Assembly (NCBI GenBank): GCA_964454305.1
Contig: CAYVXX010000004.1
Coordinates: 1-62,600, forward strand
Length of the DNA: 62,600 nucleotides
Direction of reading: 5' to 3'
Origin: an uncultured Syntrophales bacterium
GTDB lineage: Bacteria; Desulfobacterota; Syntrophia; Syntrophales; JADFWA01
Shown here: one piece after another, positions 26,571 to 35,823 of the stretch
How positions within the stretch are numbered: the first letter of the stretch is position 1
Layout of the letters: every line of letters begins with the position of its first letter
The notes under the pieces: generated by a model
The model's database searches: none
What the model was told of the DNA's origin: nothing
The model's input: the letters and a program-made list of their open reading frames with translations, nothing else
Program-made: the position numbers and the translations under genes

Positions 26571-28487
26571 ATGAAGAAAATCAAAATTAGCTTACCTGAT
26601 GGTTCGGTAGTATCTCACGCTGAAGGGCTGACCGTTAAAGAGATAATTGCGTCATGGAAGGAAGATTTGTTGACTTCTGCAGTAGCGGCAAAAGTTAATG
26701 ATGAAATGGTGGATTTAAGTTATTCTGTGAAGGAAGATTCCTCTATAATAGTTATTGATGTTAACTCGGGAGAGGGTTTAAGCACACTCAGACACAGCAT
26801 ATCCCATGTGATGGCTCAGGCTGTACAGGATATCTTCGAAAGTGTTAAAGTTAGCATAGGGCCTGCTATTGATGATGGTTTTTACTATGATTTTGAGTAC
26901 TCCGAATCCTTTACTCCTGAGGACCTGGTAAAGATTGAAAAAAGAATGAGAGAAATTATATCTGCCGATCATCCCTTTACGCGTGAAGAGGTCTCGAAAG
27001 AAGAGGCTATCTCACTATTTAAGGAGAAAGGGGAAGCATACAAGGTTGAGCTGTTGAATGATATGCCGGAGGATGTGGTGGAAGTGAGTCTTTACAGACA
27101 GGACGGATTTACGGATTTGTGTCGTGGACCACATATACCATCCACAGGTATGATTAAGGCGTTCAAGCTTACAGGTGTTGCAGGTGCTTACTGGCGTGGT
27201 GATGAGAAAAACAAAATGCTACAGCGCATCTATGGCACGGGTTTTGCGACTGAGGAGGAACTTGAGGAGTATCTTTTAATACTTGAAGAGGCAAAACGGA
27301 GAGATCACAGGAAATTGGGAAGAGAGTTAGACCTTTTTCAGATGAATGAAGAAGTTGGGCCGGGTATGATTATATTTCATCCGAAGGGGGCTATGTTAAG
27401 GACAATTATTGAGGATTGGGAAAGAAAGGAACACCTTAAGCGGGGGTATGAAATTGTTGTAGGGCCTCAGATGTTAAAGGAGGAGCTCTGGAAGAAATCA
27501 GGACATTTTGACCATTACCGGGAAAACATGTATTTTACCGAGGTTGAGGGTCAAGTTTATGGCATAAAGCCTATGAACTGCCTTTCTCACATGTTGATAT
27601 ACAAGTCCAAGATAAGGAGTTACAGGGATTTACCGGTCAGATATTTTGAACTTGGTACCGTTCACCGCCATGAAAAAACAGGGGTTCTCCACGGTTTAAT
27701 GAGGGCTCGTCAATTTACGCAGGATGATGCACATATATTATGTACACCCGAGCAGTTGAATTCTGAGATTAAGGGCGTTGTCGATTTTGTCGATTTTGCG
27801 ATGAATGTTTTCAAATTTGAATATGAAGTTGAACTCAGCACAAGACCGGGGGACTCGATAGGTTCCGATGAGGATTGGGATCTGGCTACTTCAGCGTTGG
27901 AACATGCGCTTAAAGACAAAAACATGTCTTATGATATTAACGAAGGAGACGGGGCTTTTTATGGTCCAAAGATAGACTTTAAGCTGAAGGATGCCTTGAA
28001 AAGAAGCTGGCAATGTGCGACAATACAATGCGATTTTACCCTGCCTGACAGGTTTGATCTCAACTATATCGGGTCTGATGGTGAGAAGCATAGACCGGTT
28101 ATGCTGCACAGGGTTATTCTGGGCGCCATAGAAAGGTTTATGGGGGTGTTAATTGAACATTATGTTGGTGCCTTTCCAGTATGGTTGTCACCGGTACAGG
28201 CGGTTTTGCTTACAGTTACTGAGAAACAGATACCCTACGGTGAAAAAGTTTACAGGCAACTTGTCGATGCTGGTATCCGGCTGGAAAGGGGTTTCAGAAA
28301 CGAAAAATTAGGATATAAGATAAGGGAAGCACAAATGCAAAAAATCCCTTATATGTTGGTAATCGGTGACAAAGAGGTCGATTCTGAGAGTGTTTCTCCC
28401 AGACAGAGGGATGGAAAAAATCTTGGATCAATCAGCGTGGCTGATTTTGTTTCCCTGGTTAGAGAAAAGTGTAGTAAGTATGAATAA
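26571..28487 (+). CDS. thrS: Threonine--tRNA ligase
   Basis: 638 aa. TGS domain, editing domain, class II core (RVRGFTQDDAH-like [11 protein letters not shown]). Confidence 0.97.
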   Translation: MKKIKISLPDGSVVSHAEGLTVKEIIASWKEDLLTSAVAAKVNDEMVDLSYSVKEDSSIIVIDVNSGEGLSTLRHSISHVMAQAVQDIFESVKVSIGPAIDDGFYYDFEYSESFTPEDLVKIEKRMREIISADHPFTREEVSKEEAISLFKEKGEAYKVELLNDMPEDVVEVSLYRQDGFTDLCRGPHIPSTGMIKAFKLTGVAGAYWRGDEKNKMLQRIYGTGFATEEELEEYLLILEEAKRRDHRKLGRELDLFQMNEEVGPGMIIFHPKGAMLRTIIEDWERKEHLKRGYEIVVGPQMLKEELWKKSGHFDHYRENMYFTEVEGQVYGIKPMNCLSHMLIYKSKIRSYRDLPVRYFELGTVHRHEKTGVLHGLMRARQFTQDDAHILCTPEQLNSEIKGVVDFVDFAMNVFKFEYEVELSTRPGDSIGSDEDWDLATSALEHALKDKNMSYDINEGDGAFYGPKIDFKLKDALKRSWQCATIQCDFTLPDRFDLNYIGSDGEKHRPVMLHRVILGAIERFMGVLIEHYVGAFPVWLSPVQAVLLTVTEKQIPYGEKVYRQLVDAGIRLERGFRNEKLGYKIREAQMQKIPYMLVIGDKEVDSESVSPRQRDGKNLGSISVADFVSLVREKCSKYE

Positions 28488-28488
28488 A

Positions 28489-28573
28489 GAGTGCCTAAAG
28501 TGAGCTAAAGTGCCTAAAGTTATGCTTATAAATAACTTTAGATCACTTTAGACACTTTAAACTTTAGTCACTC
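28489..28573. repeat. Family-C word palindrome (C4) between thrS and infC
   Basis: The left arm (28489-28523) contains AGTGCCTAAAGT twice. The right arm (28532-28573) is the imperfect inverse. It is followed by AATTTTT and the infC RBS. Confidence 0.65.
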
Positions 28574-28592
28574 AATTTTTAGGAGGTGACTT

Positions 28593-29102
28593 ATAGCTAA
28601 GAATTTAAGAATAAATCGTGGGATCAAGGCTGACAGTGTTAGAGTTATTGATTCTGAAGGGAAACAGTTGGGAATATTGCCTTTGGCAGATGCCCTGCTG
28701 GAGGCCGATAAGGCGGGTCTGGATCTGGTGGAGGTTGCCCCAAATTCTTCGCCTCCTGTGTGCCGGATCATGGACTATGGAAAATTCAGGTATCAGCAGA
28801 GTAAAAAATCTCAGGTAGCTAAAAAAGGTGCGGTCACGATTCAGGTAAAAGAGGTCAGGGTGAGACCAAAGATCGAGGAGCATGATTTACAGTTTAAACT
28901 TCGTCATATAAAAAAATTTCTCGATCAAAACAACAAAGTAAAGATAACCATGATGTTCCGGGGAAGAGAGATAGTATATACTGATCTGGGTAGGAAGATC
29001 ATGGATGAGATAAAGAATGAGCTGGTAGATGCGTGTGTCATTGATAAGTATCCGCAGCTTGAGGGAAGAAATATGATAATGATAATATCTCCCAAAAAAT
29101 AA
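28593..29102 (+). CDS. infC: Translation initiation factor IF-3, with a non-canonical start
   Basis: IF-3 homology (INRGIKADSVRVIDSEGKQLGI) extends upstream of the track TTG start to just after the in-frame stop at 28587. ATA at 28593 lies 6 nt after AGGAGG. Confidence 0.88.
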   Translation: MAKNLRINRGIKADSVRVIDSEGKQLGILPLADALLEADKAGLDLVEVAPNSSPPVCRIMDYGKFRYQQSKKSQVAKKGAVTIQVKEVRVRPKIEEHDLQFKLRHIKKFLDQNNKVKITMMFRGREIVYTDLGRKIMDEIKNELVDACVIDKYPQLEGRNMIMIISPKK

Positions 29103-29182
29103 AAAATTATAAAGACAATTAATATTTTTAATGACTGATATTTGAGTGATGAATGTTTATATAATGAGACAGGGGTGATTTG

Positions 29183-29380
29183 ATGCCAAAGATTAAGACA
29201 CACAGAGGAGCGGCCAAGAGATTTAGCCTGACTGGAACAGGAAAGATAAAGAGAAAAAAGGCTTTTGCCAGTCATATCCTTACTAAGAAAACGTCTAAAA
29301 AGAAAAGGGGCTTGAGAAAGTCTACCATTATGGACAAGACAAATGTAAAGGATATTAAGAAGTTGATTCCTTATGCGTGA
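29183..29380 (+). CDS. rpmI: 50S ribosomal protein L35
   Basis: [14 protein letters not shown] is the canonical L35 N-terminus. Confidence 0.95.
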   Translation: MPKIKTHRGAAKRFSLTGTGKIKRKKAFASHILTKKTSKKKRGLRKSTIMDKTNVKDIKKLIPYA

Positions 29381-29383
29381 CAT

Positions 29384-29472
29384 AAGTGCCTAAAGTTTGA
29401 AGTGCCTAAAGTGAGCTAAAGTTATGGATAAGAATTTTCAACTTTAGTCACATTAGTTTACTCCAGTTACTT
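29384..29472. repeat. Family-C word palindrome (C5) between rpmI and rplT
   Basis: The left arm contains AGTGCCTAAAGT twice (29385, 29401). The right arm CAACTTTAGTCACATTAGTTTACTCCAGTTACTT is the imperfect inverse. Confidence 0.6.
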
Positions 29473-29552
29473 GGAGATTCATTTGGAAATTGTTGTTTAA
29501 AAATACCGTGCTGGATTCTCTGCTTTAAGCAGATCCGGATTAGGAGATAAAG

Positions 29553-29912
29553 ATGCCGAGAGTGAAAAAAGGTGTGAGTAGCAGGAAGAGAAGAAAAAAG
29601 ATCCTTAAACAGGCAAAAGGATATTTTGGTGCGAGGAGCAGATTATTCAAGACTGCTACGGAAGCTGTTGATCGGGCTATGAGGTATGCCTATAGGGATA
29701 GAAAGGCGAGGAAAAGAGACTTTAGGAAACTATGGATAGCTAGGATAAACGCAGCCGCCCGTATGAACAATGTCTCATACAGTAGATTGATTGATGGCAT
29801 GAACAAGGTCGGAGTGGAGATAGACAGAAAAATTCTTGCAGAGCTTGCGGTTAACGATCCCATGGGATTTTCGGAAATTGTCAGCATTGCAACGGGTGAA
29901 CGGGCGACATGA
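29553..29912 (+). CDS. rplT: 50S ribosomal protein L20
   Basis: [26 protein letters not shown] is the canonical L20 N-terminus. Confidence 0.97.
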   Translation: MPRVKKGVSSRKRRKKILKQAKGYFGARSRLFKTATEAVDRAMRYAYRDRKARKRDFRKLWIARINAAARMNNVSYSRLIDGMNKVGVEIDRKILAELAVNDPMGFSEIVSIATGERAT

Positions 29913-30925
29913 GAGAAGATCTTGTGGGGCTTCAGAGGAAAGCAGAAGCTCAACTCAATTCTGCAAAAAGCAAAGAAGAAATCCTTGAAATACGTACACA
30001 ATACCTTGGGAGAAATGGTTATCTTACTGCACTTCTTCGTAAAATAGGAAGTGTCTCACCGCAACAAAGGCCGCTTCTGGGAAAACTCGCAAACGAGATA
30101 AAAGAAGCTCTTTCCGTAAAGATAGAAAATACCCTGGAAAAAATTTCCTTACAGGGAAAATACGAAGCACTTCTGCATGAGAAGATCGATATAACTCTTC
30201 CAGGCAGAGGGGTAAGATATGGAAGAAATCATCCTATAACTAAGGTATCTGACGAAATATGTGAATTTTTTTTTGGGCTCGGTTTTTCTGTGGCAAAAGG
30301 TCCGGAGGTCGAGCTGGACTACTATAATTTTGAAGCACTTAACATTCCCCAAGATCATCCCGCCAGAGACATGCAGGACACATTTTATGTAGAGGACAAT
30401 ATCGTTCTTCGTACACACACATCTCCCGTTCAAATCAGGATTATGGAAAAGCAACGGCCACCTGTCAGGATTGTGTCGCCAGGTAAGGTTTACCGGCACG
30501 ATTCGGACATCTCTCATACCCCGATGTTTCACCAGATTGAGGGTCTTTGGGTTGATAAAGGTATTACCTTTAGTGATCTTAAAGGTGTTCTGACGTACTT
30601 TCTCCATAAAATCTTTGGTGAAAATACTCTCCTTAGATTTCGTCCCAGTTTCTTCCCATTCACGGAACCGAGTGCAGAGGTTGATATTCAGTGCATAATG
30701 TGCGGCGGTCATGGATGCCGTGTATGTGGTCAGAGTGGGTGGCTTGAGATTCTTGGGGCGGGTATGGTTGATCCCGAAGTCTTCAAAGCGGTTGGCTATG
30801 ATCTGGAAGAAATAACAGGATTTGCCTTCGGTCTCGGTGTCGAGAGGATTGCCATGCTCAAATACCGCATATCGGATATCAGATTGTTTTATGAAAATGA
30901 CCAGAGATTTTTGGAACAGTTCTAA
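29909..30925 (+). CDS. pheS: Phenylalanine--tRNA ligase alpha subunit
   Basis: 338 aa. Class II motifs ([34 protein letters not shown]). Confidence 0.97.
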   Translation: MREDLVGLQRKAEAQLNSAKSKEEILEIRTQYLGRNGYLTALLRKIGSVSPQQRPLLGKLANEIKEALSVKIENTLEKISLQGKYEALLHEKIDITLPGRGVRYGRNHPITKVSDEICEFFFGLGFSVAKGPEVELDYYNFEALNIPQDHPARDMQDTFYVEDNIVLRTHTSPVQIRIMEKQRPPVRIVSPGKVYRHDSDISHTPMFHQIEGLWVDKGITFSDLKGVLTYFLHKIFGENTLLRFRPSFFPFTEPSAEVDIQCIMCGGHGCRVCGQSGWLEILGAGMVDPEVFKAVGYDLEEITGFAFGLGVERIAMLKYRISDIRLFYENDQRFLEQF

Positions 30926-30973
30926 AACGAGTTCCGAGTTCAGGGTTCAGCGTTCAGAGTGAGGGAATAAAGC

Positions 30974-33400
30974 ATGTTAGTCAGCCTTAGATGGCTTAAA
31001 GATTATGTTGATGTTGAATTAGGGCCGGGAGAACTTGCCGACAGGTTGACCATGGCGGGGCTTGAGGTGGATTCTGTGAGAGAGGTAGGTCCTGAATTTG
31101 CCAATATTGTTGTGGCAAAAATTCTTTCCATAAGACCTCATCCAGGTGCCGATAAACTTTCTTTGTGTGAAGTTACGACGGGAGATAAAACTTATTCCGT
31201 TGTGTGTGGTGCAAAGAACATGAACATCGGGGATATCGTTCCCTTGGCTTTGGTGGGTGCGACAATACCGGGCGGTTATACAATTAAAAGCTCTAAAATA
31301 AGGGGAGAAAAATCTTACGGGATGCTCTGTTCTGAAGATGAACTTGGACTCGGGGAAGATGCTTCTGGTATAATGATACTCCCTGAAGGGCTTTCTCCGG
31401 GTGAAGATTTAACAGATGCACTGGACTTGAAAGACACTGTTTTTGATATTGGAATCACGCCGAACCGTTCTGATTGCCTTGGTATTATCGGGATTGCAAG
31501 AGAAGTTGCTGTCATAACAGGTAAAAAACTCAGGTACCCGGGGATAGTAATTTCGGAATCGGAAGAGGATATTACGGACATTACCTCTGTAGAAATACTT
31601 AATCCAGACCTCTGTCCAAGGTATACCGCCAGATTAATCAAAAACGTCAATGTCAAACCTTCTCCACGCTGGATGCGATTGAGGCTTGAAGCCGTTGGCC
31701 TGCGTGCAATAAATAATATTGTTGACATAACAAACTTTGTGATGATGGAATTTGGTCAGCCCTTACATGCTTTTGATTTTCGTTTTCTCGAGGAGGGGAG
31801 GATTATTGTCCGTGGTGCACAAGAAGGAGAGGAATTTGTTTCTCTGGACGGAAAAAGAAGGATACTGAGGGCCGAGACCCTGATGATATGTGATGGTGTA
31901 AAACCGGTTGCGGTTGCCGGTATAATGGGGGGATTGAATTCGGAGGTTATAGACGATACAGAAACGGTACTTCTGGAAAGCGCTTATTTCGATCCGACCT
32001 CGATTCGAAAGACCTCCAAGTGGCTGGGGATGAGCACTGATGCATCTTTTAGATTCGAGCGAGGTGTAGATCCCGAAGGTGTGGTTAGGGCGTCGGCCAG
32101 GGCGGCCCAGTTGATTGCTGCCCTTTCGGGTGGAAAGATTTGCAAGAATTATATTGACAAATATCCCAAGAGGATAAAACCCGTAAAGAATATTCCTCTC
32201 AGAGTGAAAAAAGTAAATGAAATACTTGGAATTAAGGTAAAAGCCAGTGAAATAAAAAAAATCCTGAGAAACCTGGAGATGACCGTAAATAAGACAGAAA
32301 ATGGGAATTATCATGTAACTCCACCTACCTTTAGGGTAGATATTTCAAGGGAGATTGACCTAATTGAAGAGATTGTTAGAATATACGGATATGACAGTAT
32401 TCCCACATCTCTTCCGGCAGTTTCTATGAGATCCGATATAAGAAACGGTGAGAAGACGCTTGAAGATAAGATAAGAGACATCCTCAACGGACAGGGATAT
32501 TCCGAGGTAATAAATTATAGTTTTATTACCCCGGAGTCGGCAAATATACTTGGCCTGGAAAAAAATGACGAAGGAAGGAAATTTGTTATTATTAAAAATC
32601 CGCTTACAGAAGACCAATCGGTCATGAGAACTGGTCTGGTATATGGTCTTCTTGATACGATGAGAAAAAATATAAATGTTGGCTGTTTTGATCTCAAGAT
32701 ATTTGAGAAAGGAAAAGTATTTATATTACAAGAGAAAGGAGAACTTCCTCTCGAAAATGAGAGGATTGCAGGACTTATTACAGGTTCAAGGTATGACAAT
32801 CTCTGGTACTTCAAAGGATTACTTTCTGATTTTTACGACCTAAAAGGATGTGTGGAGAATCTTTTTGATGGGCTTATGATACAAAATGTAAAATTTAAAA
32901 CGGATGCCAATGTACCGTTCCTTCATCCAGGGATGTCCAGTGCAGTTTTCGTAGATAATAGGAAAATTGGGTTTGTGGGGGAGGTTCATCCGGAAATTCT
33001 CGAGAAGATGAGTTTAAAGAGAAGGGCTGTCGTTTTTGAGCTTGACTTCGACGTTCTTGCAGGACTTTATAATAATGCTGAAAGGGCGATCTACAGTGAA
33101 ATTCCCAAGTTTCCATCAATCACAAGGGATGTCGCTTTTTTAGTTGGCAAGGATGTTGAGGGCGGAAGAATACAGGACCTGGTTTTTGAGGAAAACGAAG
33201 AGTTGCTTGAAAAAGTGGTTGTTTTCGATGTATATTATGGAAAGAACATTCCTGATGGCATGAAAAGTCTTGCACTGAGGTTTATATATCGTTCTCCTGA
33301 TAAAACACTGACGGATGATGAAGTAGATAAGGTGCATAACAGGATAGCGGAAAGAATTGTTAATTTAACCAAGGCTAAAATCAGAGGGAAGGAAAACTGA
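30974..33400 (+). CDS. pheT: Phenylalanine--tRNA ligase beta subunit
   Basis: 808 aa. N-terminal MLVSLRWLKDYV, tRNA-binding, B3/4, B5 and FDX-ACB regions. Confidence 0.97.
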   Translation: MLVSLRWLKDYVDVELGPGELADRLTMAGLEVDSVREVGPEFANIVVAKILSIRPHPGADKLSLCEVTTGDKTYSVVCGAKNMNIGDIVPLALVGATIPGGYTIKSSKIRGEKSYGMLCSEDELGLGEDASGIMILPEGLSPGEDLTDALDLKDTVFDIGITPNRSDCLGIIGIAREVAVITGKKLRYPGIVISESEEDITDITSVEILNPDLCPRYTARLIKNVNVKPSPRWMRLRLEAVGLRAINNIVDITNFVMMEFGQPLHAFDFRFLEEGRIIVRGAQEGEEFVSLDGKRRILRAETLMICDGVKPVAVAGIMGGLNSEVIDDTETVLLESAYFDPTSIRKTSKWLGMSTDASFRFERGVDPEGVVRASARAAQLIAALSGGKICKNYIDKYPKRIKPVKNIPLRVKKVNEILGIKVKASEIKKILRNLEMTVNKTENGNYHVTPPTFRVDISREIDLIEEIVRIYGYDSIPTSLPAVSMRSDIRNGEKTLEDKIRDILNGQGYSEVINYSFITPESANILGLEKNDEGRKFVIIKNPLTEDQSVMRTGLVYGLLDTMRKNINVGCFDLKIFEKGKVFILQEKGELPLENERIAGLITGSRYDNLWYFKGLLSDFYDLKGCVENLFDGLMIQNVKFKTDANVPFLHPGMSSAVFVDNRKIGFVGEVHPEILEKMSLKRRAVVFELDFDVLAGLYNNAERAIYSEIPKFPSITRDVAFLVGKDVEGGRIQDLVFEENEELLEKVVVFDVYYGKNIPDGMKSLALRFIYRSPDKTLTDDEVDKVHNRIAERIVNLTKAKIRGKEN

Positions 33401-33425
33401 AAATAAACGGATTTAGGAGGGAAAT

Positions 33426-33701
33426 GTGACTAAGATAGATATAGTTGAGGATGTGTGTGGCAAATTGGGTTTCTCAAAAAAGGATTCGGCTAAAATAGTA
33501 GAAGCGGTGTTTGATATAATGAAAGAAAATCTTACGCGTGGTGAAAAAATAAAGATTTCTGGATTTGGCAGTTTTGTTGTCAGAGAAAAGAAGGCACGGA
33601 AAGGGAGAAATCCTCAAACAGGGGATGAAATTGAGATTTCCGCCAGAAAAGTTTTAACATTTAAGTCGAGTCAGGTACTTAAGGGAGCGCTGAATGAATA
33701 A
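33426..33701 (+). CDS. ihfA: Integration host factor alpha subunit (HU/IHF family)
   Basis: GTG start. GFGSFVVREKKARKGRNPQTGDEI DNA-binding arm. Conserved position after pheT. Confidence 0.85.
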   Translation: MTKIDIVEDVCGKLGFSKKDSAKIVEAVFDIMKENLTRGEKIKISGFGSFVVREKKARKGRNPQTGDEIEISARKVLTFKSSQVLKGALNE

Positions 33702-33778
33702 ACTACATTAGTTGTCAGGGGGCAGTTATCGGTTGACAGCTGATTTTGGTTTTTTCCAATTCCCCAAGGGGGACAATA

Positions 33779-34117
33779 ATGGACGTGGAGATTCCCGACA
33801 AATCGTATTTCCGTATCGGTGAGGTCAGCAGGATACTCGGTGTGGAGCCTTATGTTGTAAGGTACTGGGAGTCTGAATTTAAGACGATAAAGCCTGTTCG
33901 GACAACGTCCGACCAGCGGCTGTATAGGAAAAAGGATGTAGAGGAATTAGTGACGATCAGGAATCTCTTATACTCTGAACAGTTTACTATAGCTGGTGCA
34001 AAGAAGAAGTTATCCAGGCTGAAGAGGGAAGATATCAGTGTATCCGAGGATAGCTACAGGGATCGGTTGGTACGTATCAAGAAAGAATTGTTGAAAATAA
34101 GAGAGATGGTAAGCTAA
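33779..34117 (+). CDS. MerR-family transcriptional regulator
   Basis: YFRIGEVSRILGVEPYVVRYWESEF MerR HTH. Start at the internal ATG 33779. Confidence 0.85.
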   Translation: MDVEIPDKSYFRIGEVSRILGVEPYVVRYWESEFKTIKPVRTTSDQRLYRKKDVEELVTIRNLLYSEQFTIAGAKKKLSRLKREDISVSEDSYRDRLVRIKKELLKIREMVS

Positions 34118-34120
34118 AGA

Positions 34121-34251
34121 GCATTCAGCTATCAGCCGCCAGCTTTCAGCAAAAAAAACAAAAGATCAATCGGATAGGGGTAGCCCCGTATGGTTACCCC
34201 TACTTTTTTATTTTGCTGATCGCTGAATGCTGAATGCTGAATGCTGAATGC
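34121..34251. repeat. Family-D heptamer-word palindrome enclosing a terminator
   Basis: Left arm GCATTCAGC TATCAGC CGCCAGC TTTCAGC. The right arm includes (GCTGAAT)x4 at 34222-34249. Confidence 0.65.
34176..34214. terminator. Bidirectional rho-independent terminator between the merR-like and PxxKW genes
   Basis: AGGGGTA...TACCCCT stem with an A-run upstream (34150-34158) and TTTTTTATTTT downstream. Confidence 0.6.
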
Positions 34252-34257
34252 TTGTAA

Positions 34258-34545
34258 TTATCTTTTTGATCTCTTTGAGGCTTTTAACGGATTAATTTTT
34301 TGTGCAGCTACTATTGTACCTTTATCAAGGTGTGATGCCATAGGACATCCGCCGATAGCCCATTTGCTTACAGGATCAGGATAAATCATGCAGTATTTTC
34401 CAGTAGGACACTCTATAATCTTTGAGCAACCTTCACACTTATCAATGATTGGATGACAACTACCTCCATTAAATCCACACCCCTTCTTACTCATAAAAGC
34501 ACACTCAAATCCGATCTTTATACTTTGACAAACCATTTTAACCAC
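34258..34545 (-). CDS. Cysteine-rich small protein with a PxxKW motif
   Basis: 95 aa, 12 Cys, contains PDPVSKW. It resembles proteins annotated as the PxxKW family (from memory). Confidence 0.65.
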   Translation of the reverse strand: MVKMVCQSIKIGFECAFMSKKGCGFNGGSCHPIIDKCEGCSKIIECPTGKYCMIYPDPVSKWAIGGCPMASHLDKGTIVAAQKINPLKASKRSKR

Positions 34546-34749
34546 CCCCTTTCTCGAATGTTTGAACGCAAAAAAAATACCGGCTAATATATCATTTTAA
34601 AACCGGTGAGGCTTCTTAACAAAAAAAAATGTTTTATGTCAAGAAAAAATTTCGATAGATATTGCACGGTGAGGGATTGACTTGATATAATAATCATGTT
34701 ACGCCAGTGCGGTTGAATTGATGGTGTACCGAGAGCAGGGGTTTAGAGA

Positions 34750-35529
34750 GTGGAGAACGAAATATCGCGTATTGATGAAAAGATAAGGCCAAAAAAACTC
34801 AATAGCGTTATGGTGAGAGTTTTTTTGAGATCTCTTCTTATCCAGTGTTCGTTAAATTTCTGGAGAATGCATAATCTTGGGTTTGTATTTTCCGCAATTC
34901 CTCTTGTCAAAAAATTGGGGAAAGACAGACATCAGGTTTCCAACATGCTGACCAGATATCTACAGTTTTTTAATACTAATCCCTATATGTCTGGGCCGGT
35001 TATTGGGTCTGTGTTGAGATTAGAGGAAGATTTTTTTGAAGATGGTAATTGTCCGGAAGCGGATAAGTTAAAGAATGCCCTTATGGGACCCTATGCGGCG
35101 GTGGGGGACTCTTTTTTCTGGGGTTCTCTGAAACCCTTTTCAGCCGTTGTAGGGGTTGCCCTGGCGATCAAAGGATTCCTTCTGGCTCCTCTGATTTTTC
35201 TTCTGATTTATAATCCTTTTCATATATGGGTCAGATTAAAGGGATTTGTTGAGGGGTATAGGAAAGGAAGGGAAGGCGTTGATTTTATCAGAATGACAGA
35301 TCTTCCTCGAATGTATAGAAAAATACGATGGTTATCGGTAATTTCACTTGGAATCCTTACATATCTTGCCTCTACAACTCATTCATATTCCAGTGTATTT
35401 TATTTTGAAGTAATGGAAAGGGTCTTGATATTGATTGTTGTCGGCCTTGTTTTTTTTATGATAAAAAAAGGAATATCACCTCTGAATATACTTTATGGGG
35501 TAACAATCCTATCTTTTGTGATATCATAA
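34750..35529 (+). CDS. PTS mannose-family IID-like membrane protein
   Basis: 259 aa, polytopic. The N-terminal LRSLLIQCSLNFWRMHNLGF resembles EIID. It lies immediately upstream of ptsH-ptsI. The start is uncertain (GTG 34750 or ATG 34810). Confidence 0.65.
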   Translation: MENEISRIDEKIRPKKLNSVMVRVFLRSLLIQCSLNFWRMHNLGFVFSAIPLVKKLGKDRHQVSNMLTRYLQFFNTNPYMSGPVIGSVLRLEEDFFEDGNCPEADKLKNALMGPYAAVGDSFFWGSLKPFSAVVGVALAIKGFLLAPLIFLLIYNPFHIWVRLKGFVEGYRKGREGVDFIRMTDLPRMYRKIRWLSVISLGILTYLASTTHSYSSVFYFEVMERVLILIVVGLVFFMIKKGISPLNILYGVTILSFVIS

Positions 35530-35544
35530 TACTTTTGTTATATT

Positions 35545-35823
35545 ATGGGTAAAACGATAGAAACAAAAACCTTTACAATAAAAAATGAATTAGGTCTTCA
35601 TGCGAGGGTTGCAGCCATACTGGCTCGTGAGTCGGGCAGATTTAAATCAAAAATTTTTTTTGAAAGAGATGGGATGGAAGTTAATGGGAAAAGCCTCTTG
35701 GAAATCCTGACACTTGCCTGCCCAAAGGGGAGCAAGATAACGATCAGAGCGGAAGGAGAAGATGCACGTGGTGCCGTTGAGGGTCTTGGAATTCTGATAG
35801 AAGATAAGTTCGGAGAAAATTGA
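35545..35823 (+). CDS. ptsH: Phosphocarrier protein HPr
   Basis: Active-site His in NELGLHARVAA. The regulatory Ser context NGKSLL is present. Confidence 0.92.
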   Translation: MGKTIETKTFTIKNELGLHARVAAILARESGRFKSKIFFERDGMEVNGKSLLEILTLACPKGSKITIRAEGEDARGAVEGLGILIEDKFGEN

